Origin: Syncephalis fuscata S228
Lineage: Eukaryota > Fungi > Zoopagomycota
Length of the DNA: 64,000 nt
Direction of reading: 5' to 3'
Assembly: GCA_025786725.1 (NCBI GenBank)
Contig: JAHLTZ010000003.1
Coordinates: 620,001 to 684,000 of the forward strand
In this document: positions 41,277 to 56,672 of the stretch, in pieces
How positions within the stretch are numbered: position 1 is the stretch's first letter
Layout: every line of letters begins with the position of its first letter
Made by a program: the position numbers and the translations under genes
Notes under the pieces: model-generated
What the model saw: only the letters and a program-made list of their open reading frames with translations
Told to the model about the DNA's origin: nothing
Database searches by the model: none

Positions 41277-43418
41277 TTAGTCAATAATAATCACATCAGT
41301 ATTGGAGTTTGGCTGAGTGTCACTAAATGACGTAGATCTGTATCGTTTATGATAAAATGAACGAATATGACGATCTTTTGATACATGTAGTTTATCTAAT
41401 ACGCGTTTTTTAGAATAATAATAGACATTGTTACTAGTATTACTGGTATTAGTGTCACTATCTTCATCGTCATCAACGAGAATAATGCTATTATTATACT
41501 TGCTACAAGTGTATTCAGCATCTTCAATGGATACATCTACTACATCCACATTAGATGTGGCAATTATAGCACTTGTAGTGCCATCGGGCTTTACAATACA
41601 TCGAATATCGTTTGGATATTGCTGTAATGCCAATATAAATATCCCATCTATTTGCAGATCCTAAATTATTCAACTATTTAACTAATTATTATGATCATTA
41701 CGCAACTATTTACCTTATAATTTAACTCCTTATTACAGATAGTGCAGCATAGATTAATAGAATGTTCATGGAACTTTATAAATGTCTAATAATCCATTAT
41801 TATTATTATTATTATATATTTATTAATATTTAAATAATTACTCTTACCTCTAGATCAAAGCACTGACGATGCAGACATTCAAATCCTTTGGCTGGATGAA
41901 TAATTCGGGATAAGCCAAGAGGACATATTAGTGAAACTATTTCATCTTCCATAATTAACTCATCGTCTTTAGTGGCTATATATATATATACATTAATATT
42001 AAGCTTATGGCTATTAAATAGTTAATTAATGACATACATTGATTATTGTTTGGAATTAGTGCAGGTTTTAAATTTAATAAACTTTGTTGTAATATGGTAA
42101 TATTGTCGATTTCAGAATGATCTAACGTATTTTGAGTAATTTTTGCAATGGTTTGTCGATAAGTTTGTTTTATAATCTAATTATTGATTAAATTAAAACT
42201 GATATGTAATTATTCAATGGCACTTACCTTTGAAGGAATAACGGGAAATTGTTGTCGAATACATATAACACCCCTGTTTAGTGAATAGTGGCTGATTTGC
42301 AGTTCTATCTCAATCACTGGAGCTTTTGGAACTTTTTTTCTACCTGGCTTATCTCGTATAATGCTAGCCAGTTGTTGATTTTATTTATATCCAAACAAGA
42401 TGTAATGTCGACGCCGTAATCATATTTTGTACTGTGTTCTTGATTTAGTACAGCAACTCGCTTTCCATTGACTAAAAGTGTCGCTTGATTTGATAAAGCA
42501 TCCACAAGACATATAGATTCTAATTGATCATAGTCATAGATGTATAGCCATATACTTGCATTATTAACATTGCTACTATCATCAGCATCGTCTTTAGCAG
42601 AAAGATTTGCATTTTCTTTTAGAAATGCCATAGGATTGTAAAGTTGGTCTATAGAAAATGATAAAACTAGCCGATTATCATAAATGTCACGACTTGCAAC
42701 GTATGTAGAATCTTTATAGCAATAAGCTGCTGCATAAATTATTTGCCTTTCATGGTCGTTAATTGGCGTGGAATAGCCTAACTTTTTCCATAAACGTTTT
42801 TTTTCAATTGAATCATAAGATAATTGACTTAAAGTAGTTAAACGTATAAATAATTAATAATAGCTAATTACCAATTAATTACCTATTTTTTAACAAATGT
42901 ACCTGCAGGTGATCAAGTAGAAGAAGCGTTCTTGTTTTTGCAATACCATCACATAGTTGTGGCAATTTTAAATATTTGGCTATAGCTTTGATATATTCAT
43001 TCTTTGTTTTAGGCCTCGGTTTAATCGACTGTCTAATACCGCAAGGAATACAACTGAATATGGGTTTTAGTTCATAAACATAGAGCTGTTCTAAACCAAA
43101 TGTACTCTAATAACATACAATTAAATCTTAGTAAATTATATATATATATATATATTAGAGACTGTAAACTTACCAAAATAGACATAATCAAATTGATGGC
43201 TGATTTACTAGTTGAACGGATCATATATAGCCAATCTTCTAATTCAAAGTCTCCTAAAGGCCAGACATCTTTATAAAATGGCAATGTATCCAATTGATAC
43301 GCTTTATCATTTTCTTCATCTATTTATTATACTATTAAAAATAATCTGTATATAGTCATAACTCACTATCTGATATGGCAGACGGCTTTTTGGCTAATGA
43401 TCGTTTTACACGTGACAT
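41277..43418 (-). CDS. MIZ/SP-RING zinc-finger protein (PIAS/Siz-like SUMO E3 ligase)
   Basis: ETVSLICPLGLSRIYHPAKGFECLHRQCFD..CTICNK..DLQID; SIM-like IILVDDDED and DVIIID; 5' exon structure uncertain and frameshifted. Confidence 0.75.
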
Positions 43419-43939
43419 GAATTGTAGTATGTATAATTCCACTAATTAACTAGTACTTCACGTTTACAACTACAAGGAAAAGATATGGTAGATAGAATAC
43501 CAGCTGTTGTATGTGAATTGATAAAGTAGTTGGTTGGTGTCCAGGTTAGCAAAAAACAGAATTCAATGGTCAAGTGTAAACAAGTGATAAATAAAGATTA
43601 AATTAATATTATTTCAGTTTTTGGCTTTAATAGGGCCAAATATTTATCATTTAATCAATGTTCATGTACTGAAGCTGCGATTCTAACACATATAATGTCG
43701 GCGATTGAGAGAGAAAGAGAATTGTTACACTTGTCTACACATATTGTTTTCACCTTTAGTTGAATCATTTTTAATTAAATATGTAAAATAAAATGTAAAA
43801 TAAAATGCGTATTTATTGAATACAATCGCAAATGTGAGTAGTTAATGAATAATAATGTGATTTAACATACTAAAGATAATGAATTAAATGAATAACAAAA
43901 CGAAGAACGGAACAAATAAAAATTCAATGATTATTACGC

Positions 43940-46919
43940 TTAATGTGTGGCGGCCCAAGCTGGACCGGTTCCCCATGAATCAGTTAGATCGGTGGTGGAT
44001 CTTAGTGAATTGGCCGAGTCACTATCTAAAAAGTAGTCGCTATTGGTATCTATTAAACTATTAAACATTCGACGTCGACGTGTATTTTCAGTGGGCGCAC
44101 GTTTCTGTGTCGTTGTAGCGGTACTATTGGCAGCATGTATGGCAGCAGTTGTTGTTGTGCCGCTGTTGATGGCGATGGTGATGTCAACACTTGCTGCCGA
44201 GTATTACTCGTCGGTGTCGTTGATGCCGATGGCATACTAGATGTGGGCCGTGTCACTTCACTATTCCAACTCGTGGTCGTTATAGGCATGGCAGCAATAG
44301 TAGCCGCTGGTGAACGAGTTATAATACGATGGGTAATTGCATAAGCGGTCGTCATTGTTGTTGCCGTTGTTGTTGCCGACGATAAAGCTGGTGAAGAAGA
44401 AGAAGGGAACGATGATGTCAAATGTTCGCTAATTTTAGATTTTGGTTGTGAAGCAGTTGTAACCGTGCGTAAACAATTATCTTCGGTGGAACGAGAACGT
44501 AGCATGGCCGATGACGTTAATGGCGATGTTGACGATGTTGATGAGTTAGAAGCTTGTTGCATTAAACGGGATAGTCCGGCCAGTCCACCATCTGGTCGTC
44601 TAGCTGATAAAAACAAAGAAGGCGATGCAGTCAACCGAGTTGGCTGAGCAGGTTGATCGCATCCATCTTCAGGTACTGATGAAGATAATGATGTAGTAGT
44701 ATCAGAATTGTTAGTGACTAGATCTGGTAATTGTGTTTCTGTAGAACGAAGTGCTGTAGCCGTGGCTGCTAAATCTGTTGGCTGTGGCGCTTTAATACTA
44801 CCAGCTATCGGTCCTTTAGTATCTTCTGGAGTTTTTAATGATCTCGTCTCTTGGCTTTCATGGCTACAAGTACTACTGCTAGTATTTATTGCAGCTGGCA
44901 TTGATGTTGCTTCCTGTATTGTTTCTGCAAGTTGTTCATTTGCCATTGCTTCAGGTTGATCAGCAGGTTGTTCAGATAGCGACGCTGCTATTAAAGATGC
45001 TTTTTCTTTTTCTTCTTCTTCTTCTTGCTTTTCCATCGTCGGTGGATGTCTGATTTTACTACCAAATAGTCCACCAGTACCGTATGTTTCAAAAAATGGC
45101 ATATCGTCCATGTTGGGTAATACAATTGTTTCGCGCATCATATCGCGCACTCGATTTAAAATAGCTTGAGTAATCATTGGATACTTGAGCGATTTTGTAC
45201 TAACGACTGGTTCCATAGATATATCCATATCTGGCATATCAAAAAAGCCGACCCATATTCGATTTGATGGTGGCGGTTTGATTTTGACAAGCATGCGTCC
45301 TTCAAAGTGTTTAACTTGTGCTGATAATACTACTGGTACATGGATAGAGCGTAAATGTGACGATACACTTAAAACGGCGCCTGTTTCAATCTCAACCTTA
45401 AATCCACCTTCATAACGAATTCGTAGAGCAATTCGTAATGTGCCATCGGGTGATAATTCAAGTAGACGCGGGTCCCATATATGCGGCGTTTGTTCGCCCA
45501 CGTCCAAGTCCCTGACTCGAATATCATCAATAAAATCCGGCTTACGTAGTCGTTTTGTCTTTTTAATAATCTTATTAATGAAATGCTGTCGCAGCTCAGA
45601 TGTTTTATAAACACTTAGAAATAGTCGACCAATAAGTGCATTTAGCCATGGCACCGACTGTTCTGAATCGGCATCCGAGTACACCTGACCAATAACTCGA
45701 CGCATTGCTTCAACGTCAAAGTGTAAAGCAGTTAGTGGATTTTCACAAGATTGACTTGGTACATCTGCTGTTATGTCATCGGAATTACTGTCGATACTAT
45801 TGGTACTGTTAGCGCTACTGGTCTGGAAATTGGTAGTATCATTGCTGTTGTTATTCTGTAAAGTGGATGGAGCGGTTGATGTTTAGGTTCACCGTGCGAA
45901 TTATCCATATCGTCAAGACCGCCATGACGTGACGACTTTAATAGAGCAAAGTACCAATCTTCCTTCTCTACCGGCGCATTAATAAATAGATAGTAGTCGC
46001 GGGAACCTTCTTCCATAACGTCGTCGTGTTCAGTATGTCGTCGTGTTAGACGAATAGGTGTATCTTTAAGAAATATTTCATTTTCAGGTAATTCTTGAGG
46101 ATAAATGCTTACATCGTGTAATGAGGTTAGAATAACACCACGACAATCTAACTGTTCATCTGTATCATATAGAAAAAGTGTATCATACTTAAGAACAGCA
46201 AAGAATGTATCAATTTCTGGATGTTGTTGTTGTTGTTGCTGCGACTCTTCCCGTTCCATTTGTTTTTGCATAAATGAACCTGATTGATAAAGTGCTGAAG
46301 TGCTATTACTACTGGAATTCCTTCTACCGCGTAGCCGACGATATAGCGATGTGGCGTATCCATTGGCTGATGACACAATAGACGAAGCTCGTGTCGACAA
46401 CTTATTACTGCCCACGCTATTACCTTGGTTGACAGCCGATGCCGGTATATTCGCATCTCCATCGATTGGCATACCTTCCGTTACCGTCTTGGCCGGATCG
46501 TCGCCCATTGACCAGGTGTTGGTGTATTGTGAAATAGTTGGACGTGCTGCAGTATTTTTACGCATTTTTAAGCTTTGTCTAACAAGTGCGCCCCAGTCAG
46601 AAAAGTCAACAGTAAGTCCTCGTGGATTGGGTGTGCGTGCTACTCGCATCCAGCCTACTCGATAATAGTGCTCATTATCTTCGTCGTCGATTTCTTCTTC
46701 GCCGTCATTATTGTTACTATGCTCTGTAATACCCAAGCCTAATGGATCAGCTTGTCTATTATTCCTGCCACGGGTACCACGACGTTTCTTCTTTGTAAAT
46801 CCACGATGATCGGGCAGTCGCGTAAATACAGCGTATACTACAAAGCCTATAATGCTTAATAGACAAATAATCACGAAAGCAATCCCAGCCAAAAAGCCAG
46901 CCGCAAACGCGACAGCCAT
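43940..46919 (-). CDS. NVJ2: PH + SMP-LTD lipid-transfer protein (Nvj2/TEX2 family)
   Basis: N-terminal TM; FFAVLKYDTLFLYD..EKEDWYFALL (PH); WLNALIGRLFL..KIKPPPSNRIWVGF..ETIVLPNMDD (SMP); frameshifts near 45770 and 44090. Confidence 0.92.
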
Positions 46920-47209
46920 ATTGTTTTTTGTATCAAAGTGTAGTTAGGAAAGCCACCGAACAGGCTGGCTAATGATCAAACAATAAAATGATTTAATAAT
47001 GCTGCAATAGTTGATGGAAAGGAGAAGTAGAGATGAGTATATGCCTATGCATATAATATATATATAAAAGTGTAGACAGAGAGGAAAATTGATAAGTGTG
47101 GGCATATGAATGTGTGTGTGTGTGTGTGTGTGTGTATGAAGAAGAGTGAATGGGCGTGTGACGGTCAATACGTGGTGTGACTGGGCCTCATGTGATTCTA
47201 GAACGAGTA

Positions 47210-48407
47210 TCAGGCCATCGGTAAAGTATGAACTGCTTGGACAAATTGTTGTTTAGCTTCGTCGATTGATGGTCGTTGTTCAATAGAAAGTTGTTTGATT
47301 GTAAAAAAATGCTTTTGTTTAAGCGATCTTAAATGACGCGACCATATTTTGATATCAAGTGGAATAATACTTAGCGGTAGATGTTGCATATATCGACCGA
47401 TCTGTCGATTTAATGCAATATTCAATTGATGTAAGTAGTCCTGCGTAATACGTTGTTGTTCCTGTATCTATGATAGTGTTTTGATTATAAATAAATAAAT
47501 AAGTAATAATTGAGTAAATATTACCGTTTGCTGTTTAGTAAGTTCGTTTTGTTGTTGGTATATTTGTTGTCGACAAGCCGCCCATTGCCAGGCCGGCCAA
47601 AAAGATTCGCCAATCCATCGGGTGACTCTAAGCAGTAAAAAAAATTAGCTTTATCTATCTAGAAACCATTCATGACGTACTGATGAGCATCATGAACATT
47701 TTTATTTGCTGATAGCCAAGTCACGGTATTATATTCCCATGCTTGTATGCTGTGATCCAGGAGTATAGTATGAGTTGTATTCATGTCGTTGTCGGTGCTA
47801 TTTGATTGAAAATGCAGTGGCGATTGAGGAGGTTCAAAGCGTTTAGCCATTCTACGGATAATATCATCAGGTACACATTGTTTCAGGCTGGTTCGCTGTG
47901 AATTTCGTTTGAGTGCAGTTACTAAATCACACTCTAGCCATAATTGAAGAAACGTAACTTTATCTATGCTACCGGTTAATGCTATGCTATGCGGCATTCT
48001 ATTCAGCTTTGCTTACACTTTTGTGCCAGTTGATAGTAGGTATGACGCATGCTCGTGTAATACATATTATCGTCAACGAATAAAATATGACTCAATGGCT
48101 GGTTAGTAACTGCCATTGATGTAAGCTGTTGTAGACAAGCTTCTACTTGTGTTTGAATCATATGACGATCTTGTTTAAACGTGCTTTCTACTTGTGATGG
48201 TGCAGTAGTTGGCATATGCCATTGTGGCAGTAGTTTATCTATAGACCAAACATGTGTTTGGCACTTTGTCCAAATAGCATTGTTTAATGGACAATTGTCA
48301 TAATACTGTGTCAAGTATTGATCTAGCTGCTTTATTAGCGTCGATTTGCCTGCTCCTGGCAATCCACATAATACAACTAAAAGTATGTTGTTGTAATGAC
48401 TTGTCAT
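47210..48407 (-). CDS. PSTK: O-phosphoseryl-tRNA(Sec) kinase (L-seryl-tRNA(Sec) kinase)
   Basis: VLCGLPGAGKST; FVDDNMYYTSMR.TYYQLAQKY..FLQLWLECDL.TALKRN.QR; IIRRMAKRFEPP; AWEYN; C-terminal LHQLNIALNRQI. These parallel animal PSTK motifs (LCGLPAAGKST, DDNFYYQSMRYEVYQLARKY, AWEHN) as I recall them; 3 introns. Confidence 0.85.
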
Positions 48408-48783
48408 GAGCTACAGTAAGTTACAAGTAAAAAGAAAAAAACAGCTATAACGTACTCATTGTACAGCTATTGGTCTACAACCATATAATTGATTTCAATA
48501 AAGCATGCTTAGCCGTACAAACACTGTATAGCCATGGCATTTGTCGCCATCTACTACAAACATTTAATAAACACTGTACACACTATTCATTGATACAAAA
48601 ACTTTTGATTGCAGTATATGTTTAATTCGCGAAAAAAGCAGCCGATAAGGAAAAAAGCAATGTAAAAGCGCAGCACAAAAGTGCTTAGTAACGAAGTTAA
48701 AGGCAAATAGCTCTAAATGCTGCACCTATAAACAACATAGTGCATTGGCAGGTTGTTGTTGTTGTTGTTGTTATTGTCACTGC

Positions 48784-49206
<423 letters not shown>

Positions 49207-50834
49207 CTAACAATAACGGTCTTGTGATCCGAGAAAATAAGTGTGTGTGTGTGTTAGAAAAGAGAAAACGAGTCAAAGCGAGAAGAGTCGCAACAGTGGG
49301 GGGAAGATGTGACAATCAACTAGAAAAGGGGCCTCCCATTTATATATGACTCACACAGTGTAACCGTAAAATCATGTGATATAGTTGAATAGCATGTAAC
49401 AACAATTAAATTTATATTTAGTTAAGATGGCTATAAAACATACACATATTATACTTCCACCCAAGGTCGTCGAAGTCAGAATGTGGGAACATTACATATG
49501 GCCCATTATGATTATTATTTAAAGAAGATTGGAAAAGCATGGTTAATATAACTAAACCCAATAAGCTGTTACAATTACCAACAAGTCTATTGTCAATATC
49601 GCATGCTTTCTTTTTGTTTAAATAATCATAAAAGCTCTCCATAGCCTCTTTATAATAAGTAATATACAATAATTATATTCGTTGCATCACAAGCCAATAT
49701 TTATAATAGTATATTCTATTTAAAATAATAGCCAGTATCAGCTAATCATTGGCCTGACCCACATCATTATGCTGTAAAATTATAATAAATAGCTTTAATA
49801 AAAATATAGGCATACTAGGAAATCTAGCTGTTAATGATAACCTGTAAGCATAGAACAAAAGGAGTGACTTATTTACTTGCATTATATAGCTTTAAATACA
49901 TTTTTATACTTTCTTTACCTTATTTAAATATATAAATGAAAATGTTATAAATGCATTACGCTGTGTCGCATCGCAATTTATACATATTGCTTTCTTGTCA
50001 GTGTATATACAACCAAAAAGTCTGTTTTGAAATCAAAACAATTTGTAATTGTTATATTTGTAGACTAATGGAAGTATGTTTAGAATTCACCACAGTTTTA
50101 AAATCATGATTTTACGGTCTTGCTTTAAGGCAATATATATTAGATTCCTGATAGATTTGCATATTTACAATAATAATTAGAGCAGCTATAACAAAACAGT
50201 TTCAAAATATTAAAATATATGGCTATTCCTTTTTTAAATTGTCTACTCAGCTTACTGATGTTTTGGCTATCATAAAAGCGCCAACTTTGATTGAATATAC
50301 AACACTGTTGCTTGTTTAGTAGCTTCTTGATTACATCATTATTAATACATCGCTGTAAAACATTGCTACATTGTGTGAACAGCACGGCGGCTCTTATAAA
50401 AGTCATGCGCCTGCACATTCCAAATATTGCTGTTGTAAAATAATTAAACTACTAACTACTGCAGTTAATCAATATTTATTGATAGTAACTCAAATAATGT
50501 TGACTAACTAGAAATAAAAATCAAATTAGATAATATAGCGTATATAATATAAAATAAGTAGTAATAGCTATTAACAGAGATAAAATATAGCAATGATAAT
50601 ATCGTCGTGATCTAAATAGAGAGATAGAAGCTATCTTTTAGATTGCTCGACATATATATATATATATTCAGATATATATGTAGTACACGTTCGCTATAAA
50701 TACATGCATGATTTTTCCATTCTATAATAAAGTATTGGTCTTCACTCTATTTTATGAATTAGCTGGTTGTCTTATTCACGACAACGGTATAGCAAGCTGC
50801 TAAAAATATTTATTTATTGCTTGAATTTGAACGT

Positions 50835-51773
50835 TTAATCAAAAATACCATCTGTCCATGGTGGAAATTCACAATAACGCTCGCGTCGTTTAATTCCAGC
50901 TATTTGCTTTACGTCATCGTCGTCTAATGGTACTTCGACAAAATTCGATTCAATACGGCCTGGATTCACAGACTTGGGTATTACCGATGTGCCACGTGTT
51001 ACAGCCCAATTAATAAGCACTTGTATTGGGGTGCACTTGTGTTTCTCTGCAACAGACGTAATAATTGGCTCTGATTGCAATGGTGCACCGGTGGATCCAA
51101 GTGGACTGTACGCCGTCACATGTATACCTTTGCTGTGGCAAAATTCGACCAACTCGTCTTGTGGTAAATACGGGTGCAGTTCGACTTGATTAACGGCTGG
51201 CACCACGCGTGCACTATAAACCAAGCGCTTCAAATTGGTAATGTTAAAGTTGGCAACACCAATAGCCTTGACCTTGCCTGATTCCAATAAATCCTAATAT
51301 GTAGGTATAAGCATACGTGTACAAATAATGCAGCAGTTACATACCTCCATTGCATTCCAAGTATCGTTGAAATCAATATTATCGATACTATCAGTGGTGA
51401 TTTTTCCTTCAGAAATGTTTACATTTCTTTTAAATGCGATTGGCCAATGCATAAGGTACAAATCAAGATACTCAAGACCAAGATCGCTTAACGTTTTGTC
51501 TAAGGCATTGGCGACATCTTTGGGAGCATGATTGGTGTTCCATAGTTTGGATGTAATGTGCAACTCGTTTCGTGGCACTTTGGTGTTTTTCAATGCTTTT
51601 CCAACTTCAGCCTCTTGGTTGTAGATGGCGGCCGCATCGATGTGGCGATAACCTGTATTGATTGCATGAGTAACAGCGGCTTCTACCTTACCTGGCTCGG
51701 ATTGCCAGGTACCCAGGCCGATAGCTGGTATTAAAGCACCAGTATTTAGCTTAAAACCATCGTGAAGACGCAT
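50835..51773 (-). CDS. Aldo-keto reductase (GCY1/YPR1/AKR1A-like)
   Basis: IGLGTW, GYRHIDAA.IY, ITSKLW, YLDLYLMHWP, NQVELHPY, AYSPLG, VIPKS; one intron ~51343-51295. Confidence 0.95.
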
Positions 51774-52785
51774 GATGAAAATAGTATTTGTAAAAAGATA
51801 GTATTATAGTGTAATTATTATATAGTATTTATAGCAATACGTATACTTAATACATATGTTTAATACTTAGTTTTGACGTGCATGAATAAAACACATATCA
51901 CTCGGAAATTGTTTGAAATGGAACCTGATGTAAAAGTAAATCGGTTATTAATTTGATAATAACAGTAACTGATTCGTTTAAGAAACAAATGTTTGAGCTG
52001 TAGTACTAGTTGTTATGCATTGTGTAAGCCAAAAAACACATAATTTAGCTAAATATGTAAAGCAATATTTAAATGTTATTATCATTATTTTTTAACGACA
52101 TAAGCAAATACAGAACAATATTGCTGTGATAAATAGAATAGATAATAAGATTTTCAAACACAAACCTTTTTAACTTTTAAAAATTAATAAATATTTATTA
52201 ATTAAATCCTTTTTTGTTTACACCACACTTTGTTTCTTGCAATGGCGTTCATCGCAGATTAAATACTCTTTAATAACACGTTTTTTTATAGCTGTTTCAT
52301 TAGTAGTTTGTATTTATTTAATAAAACAGTTATCTCAACATCAACTACTGTTTCAACATTATTAGGATTTATACAATTACAACTTTTGTTATAAATATGT
52401 TAATTTGGGCTATTATTAAAAATTAAAGTCATTTGATATTATTAATAATTTTTTATTAAAATGGTATTTTTATTTATGATTTTCAAAAAGAAAATTTTAT
52501 TATAATTATTTTATTTACAAAATAAATAAAATTAAAAGTATCTATTTTAGCAAATTCACTAGATATCACGAATATGGTAATTTAATTGTAAAAGGGCCGT
52601 TATTCCAAAGGGTTGATGGCCTTTGAAGGTTGCACAATACATATAAATTCAAAATATACGTCATGCATATGATCATTATAGATACGCGTTATGATTGCTA
52701 TCTTTAATAAAATATTACTGACATGAATAGCCCTTAGCGATTTAGCAACTATTTCTTTTCTTTATTTTATTTACACTTATGCATA

Positions 52786-54413
52786 ATGGATTATATCCCT
52801 ATACTTGTTATTGGCCGTGTTGCCGTATATGCCGACAACGACTCACTTGTTCTACTTTCATGCTGCAGTAAATGGCTGCGGTATTGTGTCAGTCAACAGA
52901 ATAATCTCTGGCATCAGCGATATAAGCAGTATTACAATCTTGCTGACGACAATGAGATGAAATGGCTGGCCTGGTATGTAAAGACAGTACATGTATCAAA
53001 ATTGTTGGCAGCACAGACCAAAAAAACAATCAACAACATCGAATGGTTTTATGCATTCTGCTATCGACGTGCTACTGATGCAAATTGGCTTAAAGACACG
53101 CCATATCCAATCAAGGATGTAGTGTTAGAAGAACCAGCTAACATCCGTTCTATTGTATTGCAACGGATTGCTTATCGCCATACTAACCTGCGGAAATGTT
53201 TTATTGTTGAGCAATGTCAGCCAACAGGAGAAGCACCAAGTAAACGATTTTGGCGCTTGCGTAAACTATTTCGGAATGATGAAAACTATATGTTTCAAGT
53301 AAAGCAATGTCTGATATCAGACAGATTTGTGGTGGTTATCAGTGAGCAAGCAAATAGTGCAGATTTTAATAACATAAAGCCATGCATTGTTTCTATTTGG
53401 CCGGTGCATCTAGTCTCAATTATGCGACCGCGTCAATTCTCTTGTTTATGTGATAATGCAAGCATTTGTGGCCGTTGGATAATGGTTAATTATTTAGAAC
53501 CAGTATTCAAAAAGACAGATAAATCTAATGTACTAACAACCACTCGCGTTTTTGATCTTGCTAACGGCCAAATGTGCATGGGCATTATTACAACCTATCA
53601 TGGCGGATCGTTTTTATTAAGAGCTACTGAAGAAACAGCAACCGTCTTTAGCAGATCATTGTATCACTCAGATATCATTATTACAGTGAAATGGAATGTA
53701 TGGGAATTTTCAAATCGCCATCTAGGATATGGTCCACGCTGTCTAATGCAAGGAGAAATCTGCTTTAAGAAATTTAACGATTTTAGTATTATCATTAAAA
53801 ATTAGATGATAATCGAGTTTTAATTGAAAATACCTCGCCGCTAGCTGCTAATATGTTGGGCAAAAATAGTGCAGATGAAATAAGCATGGCCATGATTTTA
53901 ACAGAATGCGGCTACTCGAATATTTGCATTAAAAACGTAAAGCCCATTTGGACACGTAGCGAAGATATTTACGGTACAGTGCCGCTGTTTGGTTCTGATT
54001 GCATTCTTGTTATAGCTAAGAAAAGATGGACGGTTCACAGCATAATCGATGGTGCTACACTAGCACACATCAATATAGAAACTTTAGGTTCAGTGCTTGA
54101 AACCCCTCGTTTATTTAATATAAACGTATATACTAGGCGTCTTTCATTATATGTTGGAAGATTCGTTCTTTATAATTCTATACGCGACGGTACATTTACA
54201 GCAGTAGATTTATTTCATTCAAACCGTATTACAAATTTGGGTATAACAAATTCAAAGTATTTGCACAAAAAATCATATGGATACCGCGGTATTATTGCAA
54301 AATTTAACGACTTAATTAAATATCCTTTTTTATTAAGTGACACTGTTAGCACAAGAAACGCGATGTTGATGGAAGATGACAAAGAATATAAAATAATAGA
54401 TTTGTCATTTTAA
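52786..54413 (+). CDS. F-box-like protein, lineage-specific family, copy A (one frameshift near 53800)
   Basis: MDYIPILVIGRVAVYADNDSLVLLSCCSKWL..NLW fits an F-box consensus; ORFs 52786-53805 and 53853-54413 join if one A is added, as guided by the paralog (RKFDDDRV). Confidence 0.7.
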
Positions 54414-55070
54414 TTTCTATTGACTTATTTTATTATCTATTAACAGTTTATTTATAACAAATTGCTAATTAATAATCAATTAATTAAATTACTAAATTTG
54501 ATAATCAAACATTACGGCTATGATTGTACCAATTTGCTAGAAAAATAATTATAGTGTAGTACACTGAACCGAAAGTTTGACTGGTCACCGGTTGTAAAAG
54601 CTATAAAATATTGCTATATTCAGATACACGAATTGTGTATGCCCAGTATAAATACATACATGATAATTTGTTAAATATAATCAATATAAATTTCAGTAAA
54701 GTCATTAGAATTAGTTATTTTGAATAAATAAATTATATAATTATTACTTATTACTTTAATGAGTGCAGATTCATTTACTGACAAAATTAAAGCAGTATGC
54801 TTACACAGATAATGCATTATATCAAATCTGGATAATTATATACAAGCATATGCTACTTATTTATTTATTTTTGTAATTACTATAAGTATACATTTTATTT
54901 ATCAAGCAATATTAACACTATAGTATGTTATAGTGTGTCAATATGTAATGGTGGCAATTACTTGACCACTATCATATTTTATAACACTAATAATTGCAAT
55001 ACATCAATATTAAATAATTGTAAACGGACCGTTTAATAAGTAATAAAAAAGTAAAATAAATGAGCGGCAG

Positions 55071-56672
55071 TTAAAACGACATATCTATTATTCTATATTC
55101 TCCGTTATCTACGATCACCATTGCGTTTCTTCTGTTAAATGTATCATTTAGTATTAAAGAATAAGTGATTAGGTGGTCAAATCTTGCAATAATACTACGA
55201 CGCCCAAGTACTTCTTTGTATAAAATTTTGAGTTTGTTTTGCCCAAAGTTCTAGTACGATTTGAATTAATCAAATCTATCGCTGTAAATGTGCTGCTGTT
55301 TTTAGATTCACAAATAACAAATCTTCCAATGTATAATGAAAAAATACCAGTATATATGTCTGTATTTACGACGGAATAAGGTTCAAGCACTAGATTTAAA
55401 GTTTCTTCATTGATGTGTGCAGTATAGCACCATCGATTATGCTGTGAACCGTCCATTTTTCTTAGCTATAACAAGAATGCAATCAGAACCAAACAGCGGC
55501 ACTGTACCGTAAATATCTTCGCTACGTGTCCAAATGGGCTTTACGTTTTTAATGCAAGTATTCGAGTGGCCGCATTCTGTTGAAATCATGGCCATGCTTA
55601 TTTCATCTGCACTATTTTTGTTCGTCATATTAACAGCTAGCTGTGGGTTATTTGCAATCAAAACTCGATCATCATCGAATTTTCTAACAAAAATTCGATA
55701 GTTTTTGAATTTCTTAAAGCAGATTTCTCCTTGCATTAGACAGCGTGGACCATATCCTAGATGGCGATTTGAAAACTCCCATACGTTCCATTTGAATGTG
55801 TAGTGTATCTGTGTGATGTAATGTTCTACTAAATACGGTTGCTGTTTCTTCAGTAACTTTTAATAAAAAGATCCGCCATGATAGGTTGTAATAACGCCCA
55901 TGCACATTTGACCGTTAGCAAGATCAAAAACGCGAGTGGTTTTTACATTAGATTATCTATCTTCGGTCTGTTCTAAATGATAACTACATCCACGGCCACG
56001 ACGCTTGCATTATCACATAAACAGGAGAATTGACGCGGTCGCATAATTGAGACTAGATGCACCGGCCAAATGAAATATGGACATTTTTTCAGTAAAAACT
56101 CATACTGCTTTGCTCACTATAACCACCACAAATCTGTCTGATATCAGACATTGCTTTACTTGAAACATATAGTTTTCATCATTCCGAAATAGTTTACGCA
56201 AGCGCCAAAATCGTTTACTTGGTGCTTCTCCTGTTGGCTGACATTGCTCAACAATAAAACATTTCCGCAGGTTAGTATGGCGATAAGCAATCCGTTGCAA
56301 TACAATAGAACGGATGTTAGCTGGTTCTTCTAACACTACATCCTTGATTGGATATGGCGTGTCTTTAAGCCAATTTGCATCAGTAGCACGTCGATAGCAG
56401 AATGCATAAAACCATTCGATGTTGTTGATTGTTTTTTTGGTCTGTGCTGCCAACAATTTTGATACATGTACTGTCTTTACATACCAGGCCAGCCATTTCA
56501 TCTCATTGTCGTCAGCAAGATTGTAATACTGCTTATATCGCTGATGCCAGAGATTATTCTGTTGACTGACACAATACCGCAGCCATTTACTGCAGCATGA
56601 AAGTAGAACAAGTGAGTCGTTGTCGGCATATACGGCAACACGGCCAATAACAAGTATAGGGATATAATCCAT
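55071..56672 (-). pseudogene. F-box-like protein copy B, inverted paralog with several frameshifts (pseudogene or sequence errors)
   Basis: First ~184 codons identical to copy A; later fragments homologous through IIDISF* (55071). Confidence 0.6.

Noticed and set aside
12358-46919. ERG9, NPC1 and NVJ2 as a sterol/lipid gene cluster
   Set aside because: Separated by many unrelated genes; compatible with chance.
53803-53805. In-frame TAG in F-box copy A as stop-codon readthrough or recoding
   Set aside because: The downstream coding sequence is in another frame; the paralog indicates a missing A in an A-run.
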